DNA from: Guillardia theta CCMP2712
Taxonomy: Eukaryota > Protista > Cryptophyta
Reading direction: 5' to 3'
Assembly: GCF_000315625.1 (NCBI RefSeq)
Contig: NW_005434639.1
Span: 62,001 to 126,000, forward strand
Length of the DNA stretch: 64,000 bases
Of this stretch, positions 1-12,575 are shown in pieces (positions within the stretch are counted from its first letter, which is position 1; every line of letters begins with the position of its first letter). The position numbers and the translations under genes were made by a program. Under the pieces are notes generated by a model that was not told the origin of the DNA, made no database searches, and saw only the letters and a list, made by a program, of their open reading frames with translations.

Positions 1-99
1 GAGATGGAGATGGAGATGTGGAGGAGGGTGGTGGGATGGACAGAATGAGGGAGAGAATTCAGAAATTAGCGCTGTACCAGACTTTGTTTCCTCTATGAT

Positions 100-1993
100 T
101 GTTCATCATCGTGTTTCCTTGTTTTGACGTTGCATCTTGGACACAGGGCTCTGGCAGCAAGCGGCAATGGGTGAAAATCGGCTGACAGCTTTGGTTCTTT
201 GCTGATCAAGAGACGCGCAGATCTTAGTCAGGCATGGCAGCGGCCTCCTCGGCACATCGTCGACAAGGTTTGATGATCGAGGGAGTGGTTGGAAGGGAGG
301 AAGAAGATGATGATGTGGTTGTGGGTGGAGGCGAGGGAGGAGGCGGAAGAGCAGGCGGTTGAGGAGGAGGCGGCGGGAGAGGAGGAGGAGGAGGAGGAGG
401 CGGAGGACGAGGTGAAATCTGTTCAGATCGAAAGCCTGCTGGAGCTGGGGAAGTCCAACGCGGCCATCAAGAACCATCACACTTTGATTGATTATTCTTT
501 AACCGAGCGACAGGCAAGGGCTGACATGGGGTATGAGGAGCAGGTGACCGAGTTTGCAGATAGAGGACGTTAGGAGGGACTGGGTTGAGAATCGACAGTG
601 GGAGAACAGAAAGCGAGAGATAAAGGCTCTTGACCGATCATTCGACGGCCAGAAGACTAACACGCCAGGGAGAAGTCCCAAAAGGTCGTCCGTTTCCTCC
701 CTTCTCCTCCTCCTCCTCCTCCTCCTCTTCCTCCTTCTCCTCCCTTCCTCCTCCTCCTCCCTTCCTCCTCTTCCTCCTTTCTCTCCCTCCTCATGATCTT
801 CTTCTCCCTCTCCTCCTCCCTGCAGCAACTGTGTGTGATGGAGTTGGATCAGCCCGAAAGACATCACCATGAACATGTACACGGGTGAAATCGTCCAGGT
901 GACAATACCATCAATCCCTCGGCTTCCTCTGACCTGCAGCCGTCAAGACGCTGAAGGGAGGACCCAAGAACTGGCCACAAGAGGTCGTCGCGCACATCCA
1001 GAGCCTCCTGCAGCTGGGATGGAGCGATGCCAAGGTGAGCTGGTGAGAGGAGANNNNNNNNNNNNNNNNNNNNNNNNNNNNNNNNNNNNNNNNNNNNNNN
1101 NNNNNNNNNNNNNNNNNNNNNNNNNNNNNNNNNNNNNNNNNNNNNNNNNNNNNNNNNNNNNNNNNNNNNNNNNNNNNNNNNNNNNNNNNNNNNNNNNNNN
1201 NNNNNNNNNNNNNNNNNNNNNNNNNNNNNNNNNNNNNNNNNNNNNNNGAGGGGCGTCGTCTGTGGCTGCTAACAACCACCTAATATTCCCCGTTATCCCC
1301 CCACCTGATAACTGAAGAAGAAAGAAAAAGGACACCCCCCAAGAAAAAAAAAAAAAAAAACCACTCTCCAAAAAAAAAAAAAAAAAAAAAGCCGTTTTTT
1401 TTTTTTTTTTTTTTTTTTTTTTGGTGTTGAGAAAGTAGAGGAAGTGGCTCTCCCGCCCTCGGAGGCGGCCGACACGCCGCAGGAGGAGGAGGAGGAGGAG
1501 GAGGAGGAGGAGGAGGAGGAGGAGGAGAGTCTTCTGGGCTCTTGAGTAACATGCTCGTCAGGTCGGCCTTGTCCGCAACCTCCCGCTGCCCAAGAGCCCG
1601 AAGGATTCAAAGTCTGTCTTGACTCCTCTCCCTGCTTGCCTCCTGCTGAGCAGACCCCAGGATGTGCAAGCAGCTGGAGCAGGACACTTACATCAAGGTG
1701 GTTGTGGTAGATGACGCGCTGGGGATGATGGTTGGAGAAGGTCAAGACTCTGATCTTGGAGGGAAAGACGAACACAGGTTTGCTGTCCCTCCTCGCACTC
1801 TCGCTCCTCCTCTCATTGCCTTGCCTGCAGCTATCATGAATCATCACTGGATAGTGGACCAAGAGATCTCAGAAGCGCACGTACGACTGGAGAGATGGGG
1901 AAGGCGGCGAGAAGAGGAAGGAGGAAGGGATAAAACTTTGGGGAGGAGGATTGGAGAAGGGAGGGAGAGGAGAAGGGAGAGAAGGAAGAGGCG

Positions 1994-2024
<31 letters not shown>

Positions 2025-3120
2025 AAAAGAGGGCGAGAACGCGGAAGAGAACGAGAAGGAGGAGGGGGAGGGGGAGGGGGAGGAGGAGGAGGACTAGGAA
2101 GTCTGTCTCACTCCGCGTGCTCAGATCGAGTCCGTGAGGACAGCGGTGGAGAAGGAGATTCATCTCAAGTCCAAGGTCCTTAGCCCCGTCAGCCCCCGCC
2201 CGGTCGCTGAGCCTGCGGCAGGAAGGAGCTCTATCCCCTCCCAAACCCAAACTGAGGATCCCAGACCTGAGCAGGTCCCCAGCTGGAGCTGGCCGTGAGC
2301 AACTGAAGGTCTGCTGGCAGGAGCGACATGTCAGTCATCCTCTCGCTACTCAAGGAGGGTAAGTCCAACGCCTACGTCTGCAACTTCCACGCCCTCTGCA
2401 CCCTCGGGCTACAGGAGTACCAGGTCGACCTCCTGCTGCTCCTGCTCCTGCTCCTCCCTCCGTCCCTCCTGTTCATCTTCTTCTAACTCGAAAACCTGCA
2501 GTATTATCAGGAAAACTCCTACGCCAACTCCATCTCCTCCTCCTTCTCCTCCTCCTCCTCCTCCTCCTCCCTCCCCTCCCCCCTCCCCCCTCCCCCCTCC
2601 CCCTCCTCCTCCTCCTTCACTACCACATCCTCTACCACCTCCTCATCCTCCTCCTATTCCTCCTGCTGGTCCTCCTGCTGCCAATGACACTGCCATCAGT
2701 CTACTCCTAAACCGACGACTACGGCATGGACGAGGGAGAAGGGCAGGGACAACGGCGGGAGCAGGTGAAGAAGGAGGAGAAAAATAAGCACGGAGACCGA
2801 AACATTCACTAAGACGATATGGAGGGAGAGAGGGCCCTTGGACGAGCCCTGGTCCTGCTCATGATCATGGACAAGTTCTAGTCCTACTACGCCTGATGGA
2901 AAGTACGAGTGAGACTGAGCCTTAGCCCTGGACCTGGTCCTGGAGCTAGAGGACGAGGAAGAGCACAAAGTGTATGTGACTGTTACTGCTCCCGCTCTTG
3001 CACCTGATGGAGAGGAAGACGGATATGAGTACAAGATTGTGATTTTGACGATGAATTGTTCGTGCCTAAATGCTGGGGAATTGTCAAGAGAACTCCTCTC
3101 CTTCCCCATCTCATTCCCAA
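100..3120 (-). pseudogene. Diverged, probably decayed tandem paralog of the downstream GT49-type glycosyltransferase gene
   Basis: 2430-3090 aligns by eye with 6230-6890. ORF 2696..3460 (KITILYSYPS...GARAGAVTVTYTL...LELVHDHE...KGPLS...NVSVSVLI) matches the neighbour (KIIVFSTNLYSFPS...AGAGAETVSYSL...LELQQDHECFKGPTS...NGSVLVQI). The intron acceptor context (cctgcagtatt.tcagg.aaactcc) and the EQEQEQ run are also conserved. Weaker collinear matches lie at 1600-1860 and 440-700. In-frame stops are present and two gaps interrupt the region. Confidence 0.55.
1054..1247. other. Assembly gap (N run)
   Basis: Run of N. Confidence 1.
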
Positions 3121-3173
3121 TCCGCCTGTTCCAGACCCTGTCAAGATGAGACAGAGACGAAGAGAGAGAGGAG

Positions 3174-3273
3174 NNNNNNNNNNNNNNNNNNNNNNNNNNN
3201 NNNNNNNNNNNNNNNNNNNNNNNNNNNNNNNNNNNNNNNNNNNNNNNNNNNNNNNNNNNNNNNNNNNNNNNNN
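3174..3273. other. Assembly gap (100 N, true size probably unknown)
   Basis: Run of exactly 100 N. Confidence 1.
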
Positions 3274-3472
3274 GGAGGAGGGAAGGGGTTGGAGGAGGAG
3301 GAGGAGGAGAGACACTGAGGGAGAGCAGGACGAGCTGCTCAAGAAGGCTCACAAGGAGCGCCTGCGCCTCAAGACGGCAGAAAAGGTGAGGAGAGCAAGT
3401 CCAGCAGTCACCCGAGCTGACGTCCAGCAGCTGAAGCAGCAGCGCCTGCTGGACTCGCACTTCACCATCTGA
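3274..3472 (+). CDS. 3' end of an unidentified gene (…ELLKKAHKERLRLKTAEK|LKQQRLLDSHFTI*), with its 5' part lost in the gap
   Basis: Coding-like codon usage, a plausible short intron at ~3385-3430 (gtgagg...ctgac...cag), and a stop at 3470-3472 convergent with the GT49 gene. Confidence 0.45.
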
Positions 3473-3530
3473 TGCGGCAGCTTCGAGGGGTTCGGTATTA
3501 GCTGGGGGGTTAGCTGGGGGAGTCAGTAGG

Positions 3531-6221
3531 TCATCTTTCTTTACTCAATATGTCATGTCTATCCATGTTGACGATGAGCTGCTCGGGATGAGCTGGGAAG
3601 GGAGAGGGAGGGGGCAGGTGGGGGAGAGCGTGGGGGAGGAAGAGGATGGCGGTGCGATGGTAGACCTTGGTGCCGAGGTCGTGGAAGACAGCCTCCGTCA
3701 GCAGGTCGCACAGCTGGACTCCCCGCTGGTCGAAGAGCTGGGGGTGGCCGCAGAGGGAGGAAGGATGAAGGCGGAGGGGGAGGAACCGGTCGCAGCCCTC
3801 CTGGAGGGGGCAGGGGGAGGGGGAGAGGGGGAGCGAGACGCCGGAGGGCTCGGAGGTGAAGTGGAGGAAGGAGACGTTGAGCGAGTCTCCCAGTCCGACC
3901 AGGGCCCTGCGGTCGAAGAGGAGGAGGGAGGAGCCCAGGACGCGGTGGAGCCGGGCGAGGACGGGCAGCTGTTGGAAGCAGAGGGAGCGGAGGAAGAAAT
4001 TTCTGGTGCTGGAAGGCTCGGCGAGGAGGTTCTGCCTGGCGATGCCGACGGCGATACCGTCCCAGAACTTCTCGAGGAGGCGGAAAATCTCGAGGTGGGA
4101 GAAGTGCCGGAGAAGGGCGAAGGGAGGCACGAAGCAGGGCAGCTCGGTGTCCTGCTGGAGGAGGTTGTCGTCCCAGCTGGGGTAACCGATGATATGGTCC
4201 ACCACAAACTGAGAGCACCAGGAGCTCTGACTCCCCTCCGTCATGAGCCGCGCGGGCATGGTCTTCTGCCGCACCCTGCTGATGTTGCAGAGCCTCTTCC
4301 TGCCCAGCTGGCAGTTGACGTCCTCCTCGTCCGGCATGTGCACAACGAACTCCTCCAGCTGGACCCAGAACTCGAAGGAGTTCGCGGCGGCTTCCAGGAC
4401 GAACTGGGCCTTGTCCCCAGCAAGGAAGTGGAAGCGAGAGTCGAACAGACCCCCTCCGTGCACCCCGGGCCAGCTGGACTTGTTGAGCACGAAGTAGGGC
4501 TCCCACCAGAAGGTGTAGAGCGCCTGGTACGGCTCCCAGCTGCTGCCGGGCTGACTGAACCACCGCCGATAGTCCGTGGCGAAGTGGGAGTGGTCGGAGC
4601 CGTGCAGCCCCGGCATGAAGGCCTGTCCCCTGCTGTGCCGCTGCTGCAGCTCCTCCCTCGTGATCGCCTCCACCTCCAGCCGCGGCTGCCTCCCGAGGAA
4701 GGAGAAGTTGCCGGCCCTGGGCCAGGGGAGCGTCTTGGTCTTGAAGCAGGGAAGCACGAGAGCGAGCGGCCTCCTCCTCCTCGCCGAGAGCTCCGCCCAC
4801 CTCCTCTCGAGATTGGAGGCGTTGCCCGAGGGCATGAAGTCGATGTCGAGGTAGAGCAGAAGGTCTGTCCCCGAGCTGTTCACTGCGTGCCAGCGGAGGA
4901 AGTTTATGGGGAAGAGGAGGAGCGTGCTGCTGCTGCTGGGAGCGGAAGCGTTGGAGAGGAAGCAGGAAGAGAAGAGCCTGACCGTGACGTGCTGGCAGCG
5001 GGCGGAGGAGAGGGGGAGAAAGATCTCTCGCACGAACACTTCAAGCTCCTTCCTCTCCTCCTCGTTCATGCCGTAGAAGACGACAGAGAGAGGCCCCTGC
5101 CAGTGAGCTGCAATGTGCATGGCGTTGGACGCACGGTCGATGCTGGCGATGGTCGCCAAAGTGATGCTGCTCGCTGCTGGGGCAGGGCAGCGCACCATCG
5201 CCTCCTCGTCCTGCCTGATGCTCGTCTCGTCGCACCGGAACTTGGGACGCGTCCTGTCTCGAACACGCTCCTCCTCCGTCCTCTCGAGGACATGAAAGAT
5301 TGTCCGCTGGGTACAGGCGACTGTCACCCCCGACTTGTCAAGCAGGAGGAGCTGAAAGGAGAATAGCCCAGCAGGCAGAGGAAGCGTCTCCTCGCAACGA
5401 ACCTCCCCTTCTCCTGTCTTCTCCTGGGAGCAGCGCTTGCAGAGGGAGGTGGGAGGACGTTTCTGGGGCAGCTGCCTGTCCCAGCAGGAGGAAGGGGAGC
5501 GAGGAGGAGAGGAGAGCTGCTGGTAGCGGATCTGCATGCCCCAGTCCTGGCAGGAAGACGCAAAGTCATCGGGGAGACCGTGGAGGATGAAGGAGAGCTG
5601 GACCCGAGAGCCGTTGGAGGAAACGACTCGCTGCTGGTCCGGCTGCTGGAGGACGAGGAAGGGAACGACCTCTTCCTCCCTCCTCCTCGTCATCCTCTGA
5701 CATCTCACCTGCCCACCCTCGACGACGCACACGTGCGAGTCTCGTGCCCCTCCCGCTCTTCCTCCCCTCCTCCCTCCTCCATCTCCTCGGCAGGAGGTAA
5801 TCTCGTCCTTGGCTGAGCCAAGCAAGACGGACCGTAGGAGGGAAGAAAAGTTGCAGGAGGAGGAGGAGGAGGAGGAGGAGGAGGAGGTAGATCCTTGCTC
5901 GAGGAGATTGTAGAGTTCTCCCCACATACTCCACTTCAGCATGACGACGCCAGCCTTTGAAAGCGAGCTGGCCTCCTCCACCGAGAGAACGAAGTCCGAG
6001 GAGGAGGAGGAGGAGGAGGAGGAGGGAAGAAAGGAGGAAGTGAAGCACAACTGAGCCTGCGGGTGTTGCGAGCACGTGTCGGAGACGGCAGCGAAGGAAG
6101 GAGGGTCCACGATGTGCGAGTCTGCCGAGAGGAAGGAGAGAAATTCGTACGTGCGGAGAGGAATCGACTGAGAGAGCTGCCAGCTCAGCAAGAACTTCCT
6201 GTAGAGGGAGCGACAGCCGCC

Positions 6222-6265
<44 letters not shown>

Positions 6266-9200
6266 CCTTCCGTCCTAGTTGTTCATCGTCATCGAACAAG
6301 AAGACCTGCAGTATTGTCAGGCAAACTCCTCCACCAACGTCATCTACTCCTCCTTCACGACCCATTCCTCCTCCTCCCTTCTCCGCTCGCCCCTCGCCCC
6401 TCCTCCCTCCTCCTTCTCGACAACAACCACTACCACATTCTCCTGCTCCTCCTGATCATCATCATATATCACCTGCCGGTCATCACCATGCCATCGAGAC
6501 AAGTTGAAGTCTGCTCCTCCACGGATGAAGAGGGCATGGACGAAGGAGGAGGGCGGCAGCAGCTGCCGGAGGAGGGGAAAATCGAGCAAGGAGATCTGAA
6601 CAAGCACGGAGCCATTCTGTAGGAGGAGACGGCAGGAGGTCGGGCCCTTGAAGCACTCATGATCCTGCTGAAGTTCGAGGACGAGTCCTCCTCCTCCGAT
6701 GTAGGATGGAAACTTCCCGTCTGCACGATTCAAGGCCCTGCACCTCCTGCCAGAGCAAGACGACAAGGAGTAGCTGACAGTTTCTGCTCCCGCTCCTGCT
6801 CGCTCACTTGCATCAGATGGAAAGGAGTACAAGTTTGTTGAGAAGACGATGATTTTGGCGGCAGAAGAGTTCCTGCCTATCATGAAGGGAATTTTCCGCA
6901 CATCCACCGTCTCATACCCGATCGTACTGCAAACAGCCCCTGTTCGACAAACAGAGGAGGAGGAGGAGGAGGAGGAGGAGGAGGAGGAGGAGGAGGAGGA
7001 GGACGAGGACGAGGAGGACGAGGAGGAGGCAGCTCTAATGTCTCTGCAAAACGACAGGGAGGGACGGAGGAAGAGGCTGCGAGAGAACACTGCATCCTTC
7101 ATCGCGTACGCCACCACCAGATCATCCGCCATCAGCCTTGCAAGGAAGGAGTGCGCGCTCTCCGCAGGATCCCCCATCCTCCTCGCCACCTCCTCCATCC
7201 CGGAGGCCGTCAGAACCACCGAGTGAGCACAGGAGGACCCTGTAATCCTCATCCACCTCGAGGAGGTTAGAGACGACCTCCTCTCCGCACAGAGCTCGTC
7301 GCAAGTCTCCAGCAGGAGCAGCTGGGCGTCTGCTGGAACATCCCCCAGGGCTTCTCGCAGTTTGCGGTTGACGTTGACGAGGGAGTCAAGGAGGAACAAG
7401 TCGGAGTGGAAGAGGACGAGGAGAGAATGACCCTCGCCCTTCGCCCTCCTTATGAGCTCCACATGGTCGAATGCAGTTTCTTCCCTTCCTCCTAGCAGTG
7501 GGTCTCCTCCTGCTCCTGCTCCTTGCCCTGCTCCTGCTATTCCTGCTGCTCCTGCTCCTGATGAGGAGCTTTCACCGAGGGGAGAGAAGATCCCGTCCAG
7601 GGCCGCACATCTCACGCTCTCGATGGTCGTGAAACCAACCTTGCTCAGCGTCTCCCTGCTGGACTCCAGCTGGTGCTGGGACGGCGAGCAGTGCAAGAGG
7701 AAGACAGGAGCAAAGATGAGGGAGGAAGGAGGGAGCGGGAGAGTTTCCCTTCTCCTCCTGCCCTGGTCGATCATGGCCGAGGATATCAGAGCTGCCTCTG
7801 GGAAGAAACCTACGCTACCGGCCTCATCCTGCTGGGCGTCAGCTGCTGGGAGAGGGCAAGAGGAGGAGAGGCTTACTCTTCTCCCTTCCTCCAAGAAGTT
7901 CAAGAACTTAGACACCTTGCTCCAGGGGAAGATGAGGATGGGGGAGGCAAATAGGTCATATGACTCTACGTCGCACACACCTCGAGCCCCACGATCTTCT
8001 CCCATCAGGCAAACCTGCGAGAACCTTTCGCAGCTCCCGTCCTCGACGGACTTTGCGGTGCAGAAGACAACGAGCTCGAAGACGAACCCTCTCGTCATGC
8101 TCAACTTCCACATCTCCCTCGCCAGCTCCAGCCGCTGCCGCAGCATCCCGCCCTTGGCGACCTCCTCATACGACTCCAGCTGGGAGAGGAAGAGGACGGC
8201 GGAGTCGAACTTCATGGATGGCTTCAGCCTAACCCTCCTCTCGTCGTGGATCAAGAAACACACAGACACGAATCTCCTCCTCCCCAGCTCCTCCACCACC
8301 AGAGAGATGGGTCTTGACTGAATGTGTCCGTTCACTGTGCTGGGTTTGACCGATACTGACAGGTTGCAAGATGTCTTCCCCCAGCAAGCATGATCCCGTC
8401 CGAACTCTTGCGCTTGGAACATGCTGAACCTGTCTGAACATGCCCTGAGCTCCTGGCAAGCTGTGTCGCTGCACACAACATGGTGATACGGACCCAGGAG
8501 ATGTCGATTCCGACTGATGGGAAACAGGATGAGCATGCCAGTTTGCGTCATAGCCGAGCAAGTTGTCTTCTCTTCTACCCTCTCTCTCCCCTCTTTGACC
8601 TCGTTCTCTTCCTCCCGCTCACACTCCCACAGCTCTCTGGACAAGAAAAAGAGCTTGTCATGCGGGGATAGGGAAGAGACATTCACGATGTACGCAGAGG
8701 AGACAGAAGTTTCCAACAGAAAAGTCACCTCAGCTCCTTCCTTTCTTCTGCTCTCATACGCAACGAGAGAAATTTCTCCCGTTCCTCTCGTGACATCGAA
8801 AGCTCCTCTCCGAGCGGAAAACATCGTCATCCTCTTTCTCTTGACAAGATCCCGCAGAAGTAAGGAGGGATGGAGGAGGAGTCTGGTGCCCATACCCGCC
8901 AAAATCTTCGCACAAGCGTCTCTGCCATGCAACATAGCATGTACGTCACTCTTCTCTACCCAATTCCGACTCGACCAAGATTCCAACATGTCCAACTTGA
9001 TCACATCCACGAACGATGAAACCGACGACATCACCTCCTCCATCATGCTCGGAAACTCTCTCAACAAGAGAACCTCAGCAAGCTCCAGGTCCATGAAGAG
9101 GAAGAATAAGTTGCCATGTTTCTCAGAATCTGCCAAGGCTCTTTGGTAGAGAACGGATCTCGTGAGGAGGGTGTCAAAAAAGTCTTCTTCCATCCATGTT

Positions 9201-9544
9201 TCCGCCACAATATCCGATGGCCTGATCCCCTCCTGCTGCAGCCTACCAGCGTCCTTGTGATGTATGACGGGCATCGAAAACATGCTCAGGTCGCTGCCAT
9301 TGTAAGCATTCAGCAGCTCTCTCGTGCGATTCGTCTCCTTGGATCCGTCTTCCACCGCAAGGACCATGACTCGAAAAGGGGAGGGACAGTCATTGCCGTG
9401 CCGTCCCCTCTGTATGAAGGAGCAGGGAGCATGTATCATCGAGGAAGCATGATGGGATGACTCTGATGCCGTTGAATCTCCTCCTCCCTGCCCCGCCTGC
9501 ATGAGCACGGCTGCCGCCACCGCCAAGAGCAGGAGCCGGGGCAT
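3531..9544 (-). CDS. Secreted/Golgi multi-domain glycosyltransferase, ~1948 aa, with a C-terminal GT49 (LARGE/B4GAT1-like) domain and central GT25-like region(s)
   Basis: ORFs 6344..9544 and 3531..6365 join through a phase-0 intron at 6306-6472 (CAG|gtgata...ctgac...tgcag|GTC). There is an N-terminal signal peptide (MPRLLLLAVAAAVLMQAG). GT49 motifs include ITLAT..SIDR, WQGPLSV, FPINFLR, LYLDIDFMPS (DxD), ALVLPCF, TDYRRW, WEPYFV, FDSRF...GDK and FVVH. Confidence 0.85.
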
Positions 9545-10126
9545 GGATCCCGGGAGGCACCACCCCCACCCCCATTTTCCACTCCATCTGCTCCCCTAGA
9601 ACAATGGTCATTACCACCACCCCCTCCTCGTCCACGACTTTTTGGGCTCTGGCGGGGGTCCGATATGACCCAAAAGAGCCCCAGCTAACACCAGAAATCT
9701 CATCCCCCTCATTCACACCTAGCCTTTCGCTGGCTCCCAGCTGCCTCTCCCTTTCTTGTAGCCTCTGCCTGAGGCGGACTTGTTTCCTTACTAGCTTGGC
9801 AGCTCCTGTCAGGCCAGACTTATCCGATCTACTTGGACAATGATCGACTCAGTGCCAGATCCCGGGCCCGGCGAGCCGCTACCAAACCCGGCGTACACCT
9901 ACTAGGCTGCCTCTGGACATCTATGGTCGGAAACTTGCAGTGCCAGACTCCCGCCGGCAGCGGCGCCGTCACACGATGAGATTGCCATCACTGAAGTCAA
10001 GGAAAGTGCCCCGGCCAAGATTGAGTAGCCTTGGCAGTGCCGTGACGGACAAGTTTTCAATGGCTTCTAACAAACGGCCGAGTTCCTAGGGACATGCCAA
10101 CTGCGACAGGTCTGGCATGCTACGCT

Positions 10127-11626
10127 CTAGTTCATGAAGACAGGGTTCAAGATCTGAATGTCGGCAGGAAGCTCCTTCCTGTTCATCTCGTTCTCCTCCA
10201 TCACCTGCGGTGGAAAACTCAGCGGGGAGAGGCTCCTGCATCATGCATGTCTTTTCTCACCTGCTTCCTGCCCTCTGCGATCTTCTCGGTAGGAAAGTAG
10301 GAGAGGAACTGATCCAACTTTTGTCTGTGCGAGCAGATCAGTCGGCGGCGGGTAACGAAAGTTGACGGGGAGGTCGAGGGGAGGGGACGAAGCTGCATGC
10401 CAGTAGAAGGCAGGGCGAGTAGGGATAAGGGACGTCACGACAGCAGAGGAGTAGGAGAAGAGGGAGAGGGGGGGATGAAGTCCTCCTTCCTCCTATCAAC
10501 CTGCATGATGTCAGCGCCTTGATAACAAACTCCTTCTTGTCCGCAGAGAGCTCTGAGACCTGGAGGGGAGGGTGAGAGGAAGAGAGAGTGCGGGGCGATG
10601 ACGTCATCGCAAAACCTTGAGCTCTCTCGGCTGCTCGTCAAAGTAGTCGAGGATGGTCTGCAGGTCCTGGACAGCCTGGCAGAGGTCGGGTCACTGGCAG
10701 CGATGGCGGGAGGCAAGCTCCTCTCGACCTCTCTGCCGATCTGACTGCAGTCATTGATCTGTGAAAGAGAGTTATGCTCCGGAACATCGACGAAATTGAC
10801 CAACCTGGTTCGGCTTCGCGAATGCAGATGCTTTGGTGATGATGTCATTCATCTTGTAGTTTTCGATCATCATCTTGGTCGCCATCTGCAATGATTGACG
10901 CCATGAGGAAACTTTCCGCCACCTGCCAACATGCACCTTGATGTTGTTCCTCTGCAGATCACGAAAGTTCCCCGTGTTGATCAGGCGCGCTTCCTTCATA
11001 TTCAAGTCACTTTGTATGTTGAGCACCGTTCACCTTACCTGCAAGGTAGCTTCCTGTATCCTCAAGATCGCCACAATCGCTGTCTTCAGCGGATCCGCAT
11101 CCACCTAGAGGTTCTCCATGGTTCATGAAGCGATTCAACTGGGGCTCAGGGAACCTCGGGCTTCACATTCTTGTACTGATCCAGGACGCTCTGAGAGGGC
11201 TGGGATGGAGTGTCGGTAGAAATATCTCCGTCGACTGCAAGGCCCGTCAGTCTCCAGACATGAAGCCCAGCATGGAGCAGCACCAGCAGAGCTTGAGTCA
11301 GCATCGGGGACCAGACCCTCTGCTTGCATCCGTCTCAGCTCCTTCTGCTTCTCCTTCCTCCGCTTCTCTGCCATGAACTCTTCGAAGGAAACTTGCGCGT
11401 ACGCCTCGGAAGGACCCCATGCTGCCACCAGGCCTGAGCACAAGAGCCCAGCCAGGACTTCGCGGCGTTCCATGTTCATGCTGATCGAGCAAGAGCTAGC
11501 ATGCCGGCGGGAGGCTCGCAGAGACAGACTACTTGGATTTCCAGTGACGGAAAAAGCAAAGCTGGTCAGGGGAAGAAAGGAAACGAGAGCAAGGAGACGA
11601 ATCCAAGTCAAGCTGCACACGAACAT
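10127..11626 (-). CDS. Plastid thylakoid-lumen-targeted conserved hypothetical protein (about 9 exons)
   Basis: The signal peptide MFVCSLTWIRLLALVSFLPLTSFA|F is followed by a Ser/Arg-rich transit peptide and then a twin-Arg Tat signal, ERREVLAGLLCSGLVAAWGPSEAYA. The spliced helical mature region reads …AIVAILRIQEATLQEARLINTGNFRDLQRNNIKMATKMMIENYK…AVQDLQTILDYFD…KLDQFLSYFP…ILNPVFMN*. Confidence 0.75.
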
Positions 11627-12169
11627 CTTAATGAACGCTGTCAACAAGAGGAAAGTCAGAGCAAGACAGAAAATCGGATATCTTATGAATTTCAATCCGA
11701 TCTCGGAAATCGAGTTTAGCCTGCGTGCTTTTCTCTTGTATGCTAAGATTCATGAAGTGGTGAAAAGAAACCAGAACAACAATGACATTAGAATCATCAA
11801 CCACCAATGTTCGCACAACTTTCATTCCATGTCAGCATAACCATGACCTCCTTTATATCGTTCATACGTTACACATTCAGTTATCAATGATCCGGTCCAC
11901 CCGTGACCCCTGCAAAGCGGCTTGCCGCCGGGTACCGTACCGGGCCCCCCGGGCCCGGGCGGGCCGGGCCCAGGCGGCCCTGAGTCTGATCAGTCACGGC
12001 GCCGCAACTTGACGCTACAGTGCGGTCCGGCCGGGCGAGCCACGAGGCTCAGGCCTCTTCATCCCGTTGAGAAAAAGGATGATGATGATGATGATGATGA
12101 CTCTCAGGATCATCATGCGGCCACCGGAAAAAGAGTCACTGAGTGGAGGAGGATGACCGTCTCAAGAGG

Positions 12170-12575
12170 ATGAGAATGAGGATGACTCAGTGAGGAGGAA
12201 GATGACTCAGTAGGAAAGGAGGAGGAGGAGGAGGAGGAGGAGGAGGAGGAGGAGGAGGAGGAGGAGGAGGACTCAGTGAGGAGGAGGAGGAGGAGGAGGA
12301 GGAGGAGGAGGAGGACTCAGTTAGGACGAGGAGAACTCAGTGAGGAGGGGGAGGAGGAGGAGGAGGACTCAGTGAGGAGGAGGAGGAGGAGGAGGAGGAG
12401 GAGGAGGACTCAGTGAGGAGGAGGTGGAGGAGGAGGAGGAGGGGAGGACTCTGTTAGGATGAGGAGAACTCAGTGAGGGGGGGGAAGAGGAGGAGGAGGA
12501 CTCAGTGAGGAGGAGGAGGAGGAGGAGGAGGAGGAGGAGGACTCAGTTAGGAGGAGGAGGAGGACTCAGTGATCT
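12170..12575. repeat. Compound satellite: (GAG)n runs punctuated by about 12 GACTCAGT-like motifs, with a ~130-bp higher-order duplication
   Basis: Directly visible. The block gactc.gttagga.gaggagaactcagtgag occurs at ~12315 and ~12447. Confidence 0.9.

Noticed and set aside
1340-1425. Poly-A/poly-T hairpin (A~21-GCCG-T~28) as a terminator or retroposon tail
   Set aside because: It lies next to a gap in low-quality-looking sequence and is probably a sequencing or assembly artefact. No target-site duplication or element body is visible.
3555-5366. 603-aa + strand ORF
   Set aside because: Antisense shadow of the GC3-rich GT49 coding exon; no domain motifs.
7452-9149. + strand ORFs of 289 and 210 aa
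   Set aside because: Antisense shadows of the glycosyltransferase gene.
12170-12575. CRISPR-like array of GACTCAGT repeats
   Set aside because: The repeats are only 8 bp, the spacers are (GAG)n rather than unique, the context is eukaryotic and there are no cas genes.
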